DNA of 64,000 nucleotides from Podarcis gaigeae (Eukaryota): NCBI GenBank assembly GCA_964106915.2, contig OZ066928.1; one strand, 5' to 3'. Shown piece by piece: positions 12,386 to 24,365 of this stretch (position 1 is its first letter; each line of letters starts with the position of its first letter). The notes under the pieces were generated by a model. It saw only the letters and a program-made list of their open reading frames with translations, ran no database searches and was not told where the DNA came from. The position numbers and the translations under genes were made by a program.

Positions 12386-13664
12386 CAGCGGCGTAGCGTG
12401 GGTTGTCAGCACCCGGGGCAAGGGAAGTAATTTGCGCCCCCTAACCCGGGGCAAGGCAAGTAATTTGCGCCCCACGCCGTGGCGCCCCCCCCACAAGCCT
12501 CTATATTCTGCGCTTGTCAGGCTTGGCTGCTGGCCCTCCGTGGCCTGGCAACGGACTCAAGAGACCGGCCGTGGCGGCGCTGGAGGGCTGGTCTGGGGCC
12601 CGAGAGAAGCCTCGGAGAGTTCTCGCTGGGTTGACCTCGCAGCCTGGGTTACCCTGCGGGGCTGTTGTGAAAGGCGAAGGCGAGCGGCAGCGTGGCTTGC
12701 AGTGGAGCAAAGGGCACGACCACGGCGCCGGGACGTGCCCTTTGCTTGTGCCCCTTTGCTGGGGAGGCTGAGAAGGGCGCCCCTTTGCTGCGCTCCCCCA
12801 GGAGGTCCCCCGGGAGCAGAGCCCGCTGCCTGCGCTGGCAAGGAGGATGAGCCCAGCTGGCAGGCCGACCAGAGAGGAGCCTCGCAGGCAGCGAGTGGCT
12901 GGCTCCTTGCGGGCGGCGGCGGCAGCGCAACTCCCTCCTGCCGCGAGAGGCGGGCAGCAGCCGGGCCTCAGACCTGCAGCCAGGAGCGCTGCCTCTTCCT
13001 GCGCCCCGAGGGCTCCCCGCGCCCAGCAACCCGGGGAAAGCGCCGCACTTCCACCACTGGCCCTGCTTCCACCACTGGCCCCTGAACCCCAAGGCTGAGG
13101 CTCATGGCGCGCACCCCGGCTTGCAGCTCCTCCGCCGCCCTTCCAATGGGGCAGCGGCCCGCAGGGAAGAGCAGGCGCGCTCTCTGTCCCCAGCTGAAGC
13201 CGAGGAGGGCTTCTGGTAGCCCCGGGGTGGGAGGCGGAGGGGGTCGCTGGCTGCAGCCGCCTCGCCTCGCCTCCGTTCTCCTCTCAAATCAGACACAGAC
13301 GGCTGCTGACAGAGAGGAGAAGGGGCGGGGGCGGAGAAGCGCAGGGTGGGCAGCGGGAGGCGGCTGGGGGGGCTCGCAAGAGAAGCGAGCCCCGCGGGAC
13401 TGAACCAGGTTCCTCTTCCCGGCTCCCGCAAAGCGACGTGCCCGTCTTGTGCTCTCCGCAAAAGGCGCCAGATCAAAGCGGCAAACGGTACAGATCCACA
13501 CCACGCCCCCCGCGGAACAGTCGTGCCCTCCACATCACAGGCAGCTCAGAGTTAAACTCTGCGCCCGAGGCTCTTCGGCAACTCCGGAGGCGGCGAGTGC
13601 GCCCCCCCCAGATGTTGCGCCCGGTGCGGCCGGCACCCCTTGCACCCCCCACGCTACGCCACTG
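12386..13664. mobile_element. Young non-autonomous hAT element (1279 bp) with a GC/CpG-rich interior
   Basis: TIRs CAGCGGCGTAGCGTGGG and CCCACGCTACGCCACTG match at 16/17 positions; perfect 8-bp TSD ACTGTTAT at 12378-12385 and 13665-13672; no transposase motifs recognised inside. Confidence 0.9.
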
Positions 13665-15693
13665 ACTGTTATAGTTTAAGTGATCAAAAGCTGCAAGACA
13701 GAGCATGGGAATACTGAAATTGCTGCTTTCCCTGGTTGGAGGCAAACAGTAACTCTGACATTAAAAAGACCACTTCATGTCACCAAGTGCCAAGTCATGG
13801 ATGAGAACTGCATGTGCCTGTTGCATTTTCCCTTCTGGCATGAAGAACTGCATTTTCTGCAATTTGTCAAATGAACTTGATTTCACTGATTTTATATTTG
13901 TGGATATACCACTTCTTTCAACATTTCAATGCTGATTCTTCAGGGAAACTTTAAAAAAAAATCCTTCAGAATCCAGGAACTGGTTTTTTTATCTGGCAAT
14001 TTGGCACTTGTTCCCACAAATTTGATGTATTTTACCATTTTCAGACAACCCCTTAATATGTAGCCCAATTCAGATAAATGATGGAAGACCATGTAACTTG
14101 TACCAGCTTGCAGAACTTCCTTAATATGTGGGGGGGGGGGCAAAAGAATACACAGCAGCTCTCAAAGCCAATGATTTCTTGTAGCTGGAGGTGCTGGAGC
14201 CCAATACAATAAGCTGCTCTTTATCCTTCTTTTGAAACTTTTCTCAATAGGTAATAAAAAATATATTCCTATGTTGCTGGTTCCCATTCCTGCCTGAGCT
14301 GTTACAGGTTTGCTCAACAATTTCACCACTTTCATAATGCCTGTGCAACCTGCATAGAAGCTTGCCTGTTAGTTGATGCTTTTACATATTGGAAATAACT
14401 CACTGTTTGCTTTCAAAGGCAACATCACTACTTAGATTCTCTTCAGGACAACGTGCTCTTTAGAACCACTATCGTCACCAAATGTGCCCCAATACTGCAT
14501 GACTTCATAAGAAACCATTGTGTGTTCCCTTTCACTACATTTTTGTTCTGTTAGTACAACAACTGCAATAAATGGATAGTTAAAACAATTCTGAGATATG
14601 AAGCAATTATGTCCGTCTTTAAGAATAAAAATTATTTCATTTGCTCTGTTTTATTCCTGACAAATAACAGCTAAGCTACATATTACAATACATTTATGAG
14701 TTCTACACCATTCATGGTTCCTTTTGGGGGGGGAAATATTTGGGGACACTGAAACTTGACAAAAGGATATGGAAATGAGGAAAAAGAGAACAGAATGATG
14801 GTGGTGGAATTGGATGTGGTGGAAGTTTTTGAACATTCACTACAATTAAGTGTGACCAGAACAGGCAGGCTAAAATTGGTAACTTTGGAACACTGGGTAG
14901 AAAAAGAATGTATTAAGTATTTCAGAGCACCTTAAATACTCCCATGAGGGTGAGACTGCAGCTGAACTAAGTAGGCAGATGCTTCATATGGTTTCTAGAG
15001 CTGCACTAAAGCTGTCATGGAAGTAAAAACACCCACCCCCCCACACCTGTAACTCTGGTGTGAAAGGAAATATAGCCAGCAGGAAATGTTATAGTGGCAA
15101 CATCTTGTGTGGGTAGTCTTTCTCGTTGGCATGCAGACCTGGGAACACCTACCTAAAGAAGTCTGAGATGGTAAGCTCAATTTCCAAAAGCTTTAAATTA
15201 TGTGTGGTTGGAAAAAACAAAAGACTTGTGAAACCATGCACTAACTGGTCATATTTTTTTGTAATTGTTGCCTTGCTGACCCAGAGTAAAATTTAACTGA
15301 ATTCCTAGCTGGGACAATCATTTCTTTACAAATAAAAGTCAGTAATGAACCAAGGGGATACAACAGCAAGTGACTGTGGATAGAGAAAAATATCTTATTC
15401 CCAAACTGTTGCCCAAAAGTATGGAAATAGTTTGTACTTTCCAAAAAATTAGCAAATGTTTTCTCTAGTGTTTCCTTCTCATTTCTGATATTCAGTTTCT
15501 GCTTTTTCTTCTGGTTAGATAAAAGTGTATGTGGTGGTATAGCAGCAAAATCTAGAAGTGTTATACTGTAGGTTAAACAATGGGGGGAGTATAAAACTTT
15601 ACAGAATGAAAATACATTAATATAAAAACTCAGCTAGATACACAGCAAGTGAAGTAACTGTAAAATTAACATATGTCTGTCCCAAGAAAAAAT

Positions 15694-15762
15694 TAACAAA
15701 GAGGTACATATTATCCCCCATTCATATGTAACAAAGAGGTACATATTACCCCCATTCATATG
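15694..15762. repeat. Direct tandem duplication (35 + 34 bp)
   Basis: TAACAAAGAGGTACATATTA(T)CCCCCATTCATATG occurs twice. Confidence 0.9.
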
Positions 15763-15820
15763 TAAAAAGAATAGGGTGAAGAATAGTGTTATTCTATAGT
15801 TATCCAATTAATGATGATGA

Positions 15821-15843
15821 TAATAATAATAATAATAATAATA

Positions 15844-15895
<52 letters not shown>
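15821..15895. repeat. (TAA)8(TTA)17 microsatellite, forming the tail of a minus-strand L2-type 3' end (to about 15935)
   Basis: Counted directly; the adjacent CACACCCTTTACCCTAAGGACCCAGGGCAGGCTACAACA resembles a reversed L2 stem-loop tail. Confidence 0.85.
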
Positions 15896-15896
<1 letters not shown>

Positions 15897-16476
15897 ACAC
15901 CCTTTACCCTAAGGACCCAGGGCAGGCTACAACATTAAAACATAATGTTAAAAACTGCTTAAAAAACTTGCAATAATAAAAATATCTATCCCAAGCATAA
16001 CTTTCTTGTTTCCTTCATCTGCTTGAGACTGTAGAAGCAGGTGTGTTTGTGAAGCACCTTTAAGACCACAACACATAGGTGGTAGCTTGCATTCAACAAG
16101 TTACAAGTGGTGCAGGCCCTGTTTCTTCCCATCAGATATCTAGTGCAATAATGAAGAGCTAATGGGCAAAGGAACCACTGCCCCATTCTAGATTCAAAGT
16201 ATGCCATGCAACATCTCCTGATAAGGATATTACAAATAATATATTTACTGCTACCAATAAGTTTAAAAGCTGGGGTGCCTTTACTGTGTGCTAGTTCTGA
16301 TGTGGGAAACCCAGGCTCAAATCCCTGCCTGCTCATGAGGTTTACTGGGTGTTCAAGTTGTGCTTGCAGCACAACTTCTATCACATGACTGTTATGGGGT
16401 TGATATGGCTGTTCTTGAATTTGTACCCTCAACAACCAACTTTTTATTATGAACGCCATATTGTCTTACTTGTAGC

Positions 16477-16663
16477 CAAGGGTGCCAGCTTGAACCAAAA
16501 ATTGGGGTGGCCCAGGAAAGTCTTGTCCTGCATAATCAATCACAAGACACAGCGCTTGCACACCATTTGAATGGCAATGCTTATCAACTTGAGGAGGGGC
16601 AGCCCCCTCAAATATTTTAGGGGGGAGCAAAGGGACCTCAGCCCCTAGGAGTTGGCTCCTATG
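16477..16663. mobile_element. hAT-like MITE
   Basis: Imperfect TIRs CAAGGGTGCCAGCT and AGTTGGCTCCTATG; flanks CTTGTAGC and CTTGGAGC form a 7/8 TSD. Confidence 0.65.
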
Positions 16664-18284
16664 CTTGGAGCATCTTTCTCTGCCTTCCACAGCAATGGAG
16701 TACACATTTAAATCAGGTTTCTACCCCATAATCTTTAAACTGTATTAAAGCCACTTAAATGAAGAAATACCACATTTTATTTACAGACTTAGGGCTGAGT
16801 CCACTGTTAGTCTTATTCAGAGTAGACACACTGAACTTAATGAACATGACTAATTTAGGTCCATTACTTTCAGCGAGTCTACTCTGATTAACATACTTTA
16901 TGGAGTACATTAAGTGCTTTATGGAGAACTGATGGTCTTTGTACAAGAAGGCTATCTTTCTTTCAATTCTTCCAGCTAGAATTCCTGTTCCAAGGGGATT
17001 TATGGAGCTAAGGATACTTATTTTGTGGAAAGAGAATGTCCTGAAATAAAGTACATTTCCTAACAGTCGTGCATTCCCTAGAAAGGACAGGATTGCCTGA
17101 AATGTCTCTTTTGCAACAGGCAGATCCAAGGATGCCAAAGAAAGCACTCCAATGGTTAGTTTTCTAAACTCCTGGCTCCTAAACGTGCTACTGTGCGGAG
17201 AAGAGGACAGGGGTGGGGGGAGGCTCCATAAGATGAGAAGCTATCAGGATGCTTTCCAGAGAGTGAGCTCATGGGCAGCTGCTTCCATAGGCAAAAAATA
17301 TTTTCCATCTACACAAACACTTTTCCATTGTTATTTAAGCCAGACTCTTAGGATATGTGGGCAGTATAGCAGCATTCATTAGTGTATCATGAACTCAGGC
17401 AAATAATCACCTGGGGGAAGGAAGCACCATGTTCTGAGACCCTGCAATTCAATTAATCAACAGATAGGTATAGCATACATGAGGAGGAGGTAACTTGGCA
17501 GAAGGGAGTCTGTGGCTGCTAAATTGAATAACAAGGGAATTTGTGGGAAATGCAGCTCTCAGCAGGAAGGGTACACCAGGACACTTACTTGCTGTTTTTC
17601 CTCCTCATACTTAAATAAGTTTGAGATGCCTGAGAAAGAAAAGAAATTCACTGACTCTGGCGATGCCCTACATCCCTCATCACAGAACAGTCAATGATCT
17701 GTATGCTGTAGAGATCAGGAAAAGTATCCTGTTGAGGATCCAGATCGCATCACGCCATGTCACTGGAAACATGCCCATTGATTAATAGAGTTGAGAAGCA
17801 GACCAGCTGGCTTGAAAATGCTCAAATAGCAGCTGCAGATATGTGAGCTTCTTTTTTGAAGGAAAGGAGGGAAGCAGCATAGTCCTGTTTCCACAAGATT
17901 CACCCTTCAATACCTTTATTACAGGATAACAGCGTTCAAGAATGTTAGCTTGAACACACAATGCCACAATGTGATGACACCCCCCAATTTTGTGCTTACC
18001 ATCATGAGCAAAGAGTAATCATCAGGAGGGTCTTATGCCACACAGAACTGCCTCTTTGCTTTAAGTTCTGAATTTAGAACAAAAGTACTGTACTCCTGTT
18101 AACCTGAAAGTGGTGATACAGAGCTGAAACACAGTGACAAAAGAGTATTTTTTCAAGCAGCACAATACTGACATGTGGAATTCAGCATTCCTTTTACATA
18201 ATCCTATATGCAGTTGCCTAGAGTAAGCTCCACTGGACACAATGGGACTTCTGAGTAAACATGCATAGTGCAGCACAGTAAAAG

Positions 18285-18475
18285 CAGGTTAGACAAATTA
18301 ATGGATAATAAGTCTCTTAATGGCTGTTAGACATGACACCGAAACAAAGTACCTCCATGTTCACAAGTTGAGGCAAAGTAATCGGGGATAAGTGCTTCTA
18401 TTACATCCTGTTTGTGATCTTCCTGCAGACATCTGATTGGCCTCTGTTGAACACGGAGACCTGGACTTGATCGAC
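18285..18475 (+). mobile_element. Old CR1 LINE 3' fragment
   Basis: GGTTAGACAAATTAATGGATAATAAGTCTCTTAATGGCTGTTAG...CTGGACTTGAT resembles a CR1 ORF2 end and 3' UTR. Confidence 0.5.
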
Positions 18476-19029
18476 TGACACACTCAGAAGGTAATGGACC
18501 AACCTTAACAACAGTGCCTTCTCAGTATTTCCCTATTGTTCTGCAATTGCAGACAGTGACAACAGGCAGAATCTAATATGACTCCCACATATGCAGGATC
18601 AGTTATTATTTGGGACAGATGATAGCTACCAAGGAAACTACTGACTTATGAAGTTGTCAAAAATTTGACTCCACATATAATCTTTAAGCCTCAATAGGTC
18701 TGTCTCCCATTTTGGGGAGTTTTGGCTTTTTTACTATTTCCAAATTAGAGATAATGTTATATATCATACATAATACTCCTCATGTTTGGTCACCTGACAA
18801 TAAGTTTTCAAACATAGTATACTCTGTTAGGGATCTGTGTTGTGCCAGTGAATGGTTTAATAACTGCTTTATCTGAAATTACTAAAGAAATGACATCTGG
18901 CTTCACTCATATCACATTTGATTTACTAACTTTTAATATATTTTTGATTGCAATATCCAAAACGGCACGTTGTCCAGTAGTTCTTTTTTTTCCAAATTCT
19001 GCATTACAATAAATTGCTGTCCATGGTGA

Positions 19030-19615
19030 CATTATCTGTTGCCAGCTACAGTCACTTTTGGACAGAGATGACTTGGCCACTTTGCTGGTAACTTCCAGGC
19101 TGGATTATTGCAGTGTGCTTTACATGGGGCTGCCCCTGAGGATGACTCAGAAACTTCAACTGGTCCAAAATACAGAGGCCAGTACTGGCCAAGATTCCAT
19201 TTGGAATTCATATAATCCCTGTTTTAAAACAGCTGCGCAGGTTGCCGGTTCACTTCCAGGCAAATTCAAGATGCTCACATTAATATTAGCATTTAAAGCC
19301 CTAAGCAATCAAGGCCACAAATACCTGAATGACTGTCTCCTCCCCTACAAACCCTCTTGGGTTGAGTTCGGGAGAGGGGCCTCTCTTGCTAGTTCCACCA
19401 TCCTTGGAAATTGGGGTGGGTAGTGACATGAGAGAGGGCATTCTCTGTGGAAGCCCCTAAATTGAATATGAACTTTTTTATCCTGCGCTTTAACTCTTGT
19501 GATATCTATATGGAGGGGGCATTCTTCTGATTTTAGCTGTTTTTAGTGTTTTGTTTTGTTTTATTGTAACCCACCCCGGGACTTTTATGATGAAGGATGA
19601 GTAAGAACACTTAAA
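19030..19615 (+). mobile_element. L2 LINE 3' fragment
   Basis: ORF 19058 reads DLATLLVTSRLDYCSVLYMGLPLRMTQKLQLVQN, matching the L2 motif (SRLDYCN...KLQLVQNAAAR); further on RAFSVEAPKL; stem-loop tail near 19565-19610. Confidence 0.85.
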
Positions 19616-20561
19616 AACATGATCGTATATTTCCCCCCACCTTTGCATTAAGCAGCAGTAATTATTTGAGGTGTATCTGATACAAACTCCTGAACATCAT
19701 CAGGGTGGTGTTGCATTTATTTGCCTGCCTCCAAGCTCCAGTAATGCCCCCCATAGTGTCCTCTGCTAATGACTGCCTCATTCAGCCATCTCCCATAGTA
19801 ACTGTTTGTCCCCTAGGTCATGAAACCAAGTCCCAGGGATATCAATTAAAAAAGAATTCATAATATTACCATAACAACCATAAACAAAAAAACAAACATC
19901 AGAAAAAGGACAGCAGAAGTAGTAGTTTTAAACAAGTACATACATGACTCAAATCACTGTTGTAATGTAATTTATGTAACTAAGTCCCTTTATAAATGTT
20001 CCCTGTACTTTCAGGTCTTATTTTGTAAAATGAAAGAAGCCAGAATCACATGCCATTCCTCTTAATCACATGTGTGTAAAGGTGGCTATATAATGACACA
20101 ATGCCCTGGAACATCCTCAGAGGTATACCACTCTCCGGTTAGCTAACAGAAGCAACTATAGAAACATGGAAGATTCAGATTCAATGGCACAACATTGTCT
20201 TCTGAAACAGATGATCCACATATTCTAATGTTCTTATTTACATAGAGCTAAATATCCTAATACTATTATTTCTGTAGTGGCATCAATGTACATGACACTT
20301 TGTAGAGTATTAAAAGCAACTTCCAATCTTACGTTTAACGTAGGGAAGGGAGGAAAGGGAAGCAAGGATAGGAAGGGAAAGAACACTTTAGGCTTCATTT
20401 CAGGATAGGGACTAAGAGCTTGCAGCTTCAGAGAAAAGTTGGGATTTGAAGAACCATTTGAAGAGGAGGGAAGAAGTGGCATGACAAAGGCTTATGGGTG
20501 GCATAAGGAGCAACATGAGACCAAAGGTGGAGTTTTTCCTCCATTGCTTTGAATGCAAATA

Positions 20562-20787
20562 CAGTGGTACCTCAGGTTACATACACTTCAGGTTACAGAC
20601 TCCGCTAACCCAGAAATAGTACCTCAGGTTAAGAACTTTGCTTCAGGATGAGAACAGAAATCATGCTCGGGTGGCGCAGTGGCAGCAGGAGGCCCCATTA
20701 GCTAAAGTGGTGCTTCAGGTTAAGAACAGTTTCAGGTTAAGAACGGCCCTCCGGAACGAATTAAGTTCTTAACCTGAGGTACCACTG
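20562..20787. mobile_element. Tc1/mariner (Tigger-like) MITE
   Basis: Perfect 18-bp TIR CAGTGGTACCTCAGGTTA; TA target duplication on both sides; internal CAGGTTA repeats. Confidence 0.9.
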
Positions 20788-23438
20788 TAGAAATAAAAGA
20801 AGAAATGAAAACTGTTTTCTGTTGAAAGGAAAAAATTGTTCCAATTTAAATATTATGCATTTTCTTTCAAGAGGAAGTTGTTTTATTTAATGCACTGGAG
20901 GAAACACTTTGAAGACAAGCTGCTTTTTCTGCAGAGAAGTTTAGGAAAGGGTCTCCTTGTAACCAATGACCATCTGATCAGTGGTTATAGGGAGTCTCCT
21001 CAAAGGTGTGGTCTGTGTGGCTCTTCAGGCCTTTGCAAGATCTCGTGAGGCCTTCTCAGAGCCCAGTAAGCAAGTATGAGAGGTTTGTCATTTAATTTGT
21101 GCAATATAAGCTGGATGGCCTCCAAGCATATAAAGGTGCGATAGTGCCAATCCAACTTTATGTGTCTGAATCCCTCCTACAAAATACTGACAGTCTGGAG
21201 GTACTCTTTATAACACAAAACTGCCAGGACGGCTCTAACATAGTGGTAACAAAACTATACAAAACTACCTTTTGTTACTGTCTGAAAGCAGCACTGCTAC
21301 TAGCAATGCGCTTCTTTGACTCTTGTAACAGGCACACTGTAATTGGCACACTTAAGCACTAGGGCACAGCGTGATAATACCCACCCACCCCCCTTTTCCA
21401 AGAGAGAAGTAATTACAGTGCGTTGATAGAAAAAAACAGAAAGGACAAAAAATGCTTTGGCTCTAATAGACTTTATTCATTACAACCCTTTCCACATCAT
21501 TTTGCAATGTTGCAGTGTACTAAATCAAACACAGAACACCAAGAAAGAGCAACTTATCAATTTACCATTGACTGGTAAAACCCCCAAAGCACTGCGTCAG
21601 CAGACTGCAAAACCAGAGGCACCATTTTCAAAAGGTTAGCTCAGAGTCAGAAGGGGAAGCCAGAAAGTCTGTGGGTTTTTTGGTTTGCAGAAATTTGGAT
21701 GAAGCTTTCCGTGAATGAAGGGGCAGGAAAACTTTTCTGCTGAGATGAATCAACAGACTGGTTAGTCTTGGTAGGGCTTGTGGTATGTTAATGGTAAACT
21801 GAGGGTGGATTTTTGCCAAGCCAATAAAATTGTTACATCTAATACAAAATGCCACCCCAGTGGTCAAATGAATGGGATCAGTCAGAGGAAAGTGTAAAGA
21901 AGAAATTGTGACCAGATTCCTTGCTTTAATCTAGGGCCATCTGGCTAGAAGACAGTACTGGTCAAGAGAAGCACTACACATGTGAATATGTAATAAGATG
22001 ACCAATTCCAAAAACCTACAGGATTTTTTTTAAAGTATAATATTTAAAATAATTTTAAATGCTTATAAGAATCCAGAGCATATTGTTTAGCATAAAATTA
22101 TATCTCCTGTTCATTAAGTATTTTAAACAAAAGGAGATCTACTTAAAATTAAAGCTTTTGCTGCAAGTTATTGTCTGCATTGTTTGTATTATATTTTATG
22201 ACATGTTCTGAGAAGACAACAAGACATATGCCGCTTTGCAACTAATAATTGTTGATCACTGGGCAATCTGTTGACTTCCAGGGGATTTGCTGAACACTTA
22301 CCTGGGACAACCAACAAAGATGCACATATTTCAACTGCTCTCTGATATATTGGTTGCAGGACACAAGGCCAGGTCCTAGCATTGCGTAAATATACTAAAT
22401 ATACTAAATATGCTTTATGAGGCAGCTGCATTGCAGCAATACTTTAACTTGTCCCAAGTTTAAAGGCTTATGAAGGAACCTTACAGATGGATATCTTCTA
22501 CAAAGGAGTTTAATTTCATCTTTTTGAAAATAAAAAAAACCATCACTTTCTGGAGCAAATTCAGAGTATCTGTTTCATCTACCCTATGAATTTAAGATTA
22601 GCTCACCTGTCACGGCATTCCTATAGAAAGCCATAGGAGTTATATAGTTCTAAGGGAGCTACAGTTAGAATACAGCTAAACAGTTAAAGCGTTCTGTGGA
22701 GGTGCCACGACAATTAAAGCAATATCAATTCAGCTTTTAAAAAGGCGTATTTGTGGCCCTGACTCTTCATTCAGCTCTTTCCCAGTGAGATTTACTTTTT
22801 GCAGCCTCGGGCCACTACTGAATTAGAAATCCAATGCAAGGATGGAAAATTACAGGGCTAAAAGTAAATGTTTTATGAGATGAGGTCTTTACATTTAAGC
22901 TCATGATTTTAAATAAATACATAGAATTACTTCAGCTGTTGAGATCTTTTGGATATGAGATCAGAAGATGCTTTTGGAAGGTCAAGCAAGTAGTCATTAG
23001 AGAAACCATATAAGGGAGAGATAAGAGAATTATCTATTTTTAGAAAGTTAACTTTGCAGCTTCCATTGGAGTTCCTTTCATTAACTTCAAAATAAATAAT
23101 CATTCCTTTATGGTTTTCTCTCCCAACCACTTACAGTCAGTGAAATTCGAGTGAAAAACTACTCTATAGGAATAATTTAAAACTTGACAACTTTTCATTC
23201 ACTTCATTCCTCCTGGCCAACACATGTCTTTCAAGGAAAGAAGGCAATCAGTTAGACCAGAGCTTTCCAAACTGTGTGTCATGACACTTTAGCATGGTGG
23301 CTGCAGTGTGTAGGTGTGTCACTAAACACTCCCTGCATTCATCACAGGGCTGGAAAGGGGCTAGTTTTACATCCGAAATTAGGCAGATGTCAAAATTCTT
23401 CCCACTTTTACTAAACTTTAGCTCAATCAAATTTATTG

Positions 23439-23442
<4 letters not shown>

Positions 23443-23470
<28 letters not shown>
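23443..23470. repeat. (AC)n microsatellite
   Basis: Seen directly; lies in or next to a truncated hAT-like element starting CAGAGCTTTCCAAACT at 23258. Confidence 0.9.
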
Positions 23471-23520
23471 CACACATTGCTATATTTTCACCCCACCTGT
23501 CACTTTTTTCCAGGATGATG

Positions 23521-23752
23521 AGGAACCATTAGTGAACACTCTTTGAGTTTGTTCAGTCAACCAGTTACAAATTCACCTAACAGTTACCTCATCCAGCCCA
23601 CATTTTACCAGCTTCTCTGCAAGAATATCATAGGGGACTTTTGTCAAAAGTCTTACTGAAATCAAGATACACTATGTCCACAGCATTCTCTTGATCTACC
23701 AGGCTTGTAACTCTATCAAAAAAGAAATGATATTTGTTTGCATGACTTGTTT
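23521..23752 (-). mobile_element. CR1 LINE reverse transcriptase fragment
   Basis: Minus strand translates QTN(I)ISFFDRVTSLVDQENAVDIVYLDFSKTFDK..YDILAEKLVKCGLDEVTVR*ICNWLTEQTQRVFTNGS with small frameshifts, the classic CR1 YLDFSKAFD region. Confidence 0.9.
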
Positions 23753-24365
23753 TAGGATCCAGATGATTATTCTGCAAGTTATAACTGCTCCAAGAAGTCT
23801 ATTCACATGTTAAGATAGCAATCAGAAAAAAGTTTACAATATCTCATTTAAGTGCTATTTCCAAATTGTCCAACATATAACATTCCATTTGAAAATATAT
23901 AGCATAAAGTAGACCTGAAGCAGACAAGAGGAACAGGCATATATTATGGTTTAAAATTCAGTTCCCTGAAGCAAGTGTTTTGCTTCAAATAATGACTAAT
24001 GTTTGACATGTTAAAACACACAGATTTTACCAAGAAAATGTCACGGAAATCAAAAGGATTATATAAAAGCCTTTTAACACAGCAATATCAAAATACTACA
24101 GAATGCAGATTTCACAGCAGCTGTGTTGCTGTGAAAAATCAAAAACTTCTGAAGGTATGACAAGTAACATTCTTAACCAGAAAGATTCATTGATATGTGT
24201 AGGTAAGGATTTTGTAAATATTTATACAGTTTGGGATAATGTATATTTCAGTTGATGGTTTAGTGATGTACTTCCACAAACATTTGGGCCCAGCCACACT
24301 TTCCTGTAAGTCCATACCTCTTTGCCCTGTTTTCAATTTGGTCCAGGGCTGGATGTTCCCACTGG

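Noticed and set aside
12345-13745. Many long overlapping ORFs (up to 246 aa) on both strands
   Set aside because: They are A/R/G/P-rich, show no recognisable domain and lie almost entirely within the GC-rich hAT element, where stop codons are rare by composition.
22931-23033. Minus-strand AG...GT exon-like segment (DNSLISPLYGFSNDYLLDLPK...)
   Set aside because: 103 nt (frame-shifting), weak pyrimidine tract and no resemblance to the RALGPS1 sequence I know; it cannot be supported without RNA data.
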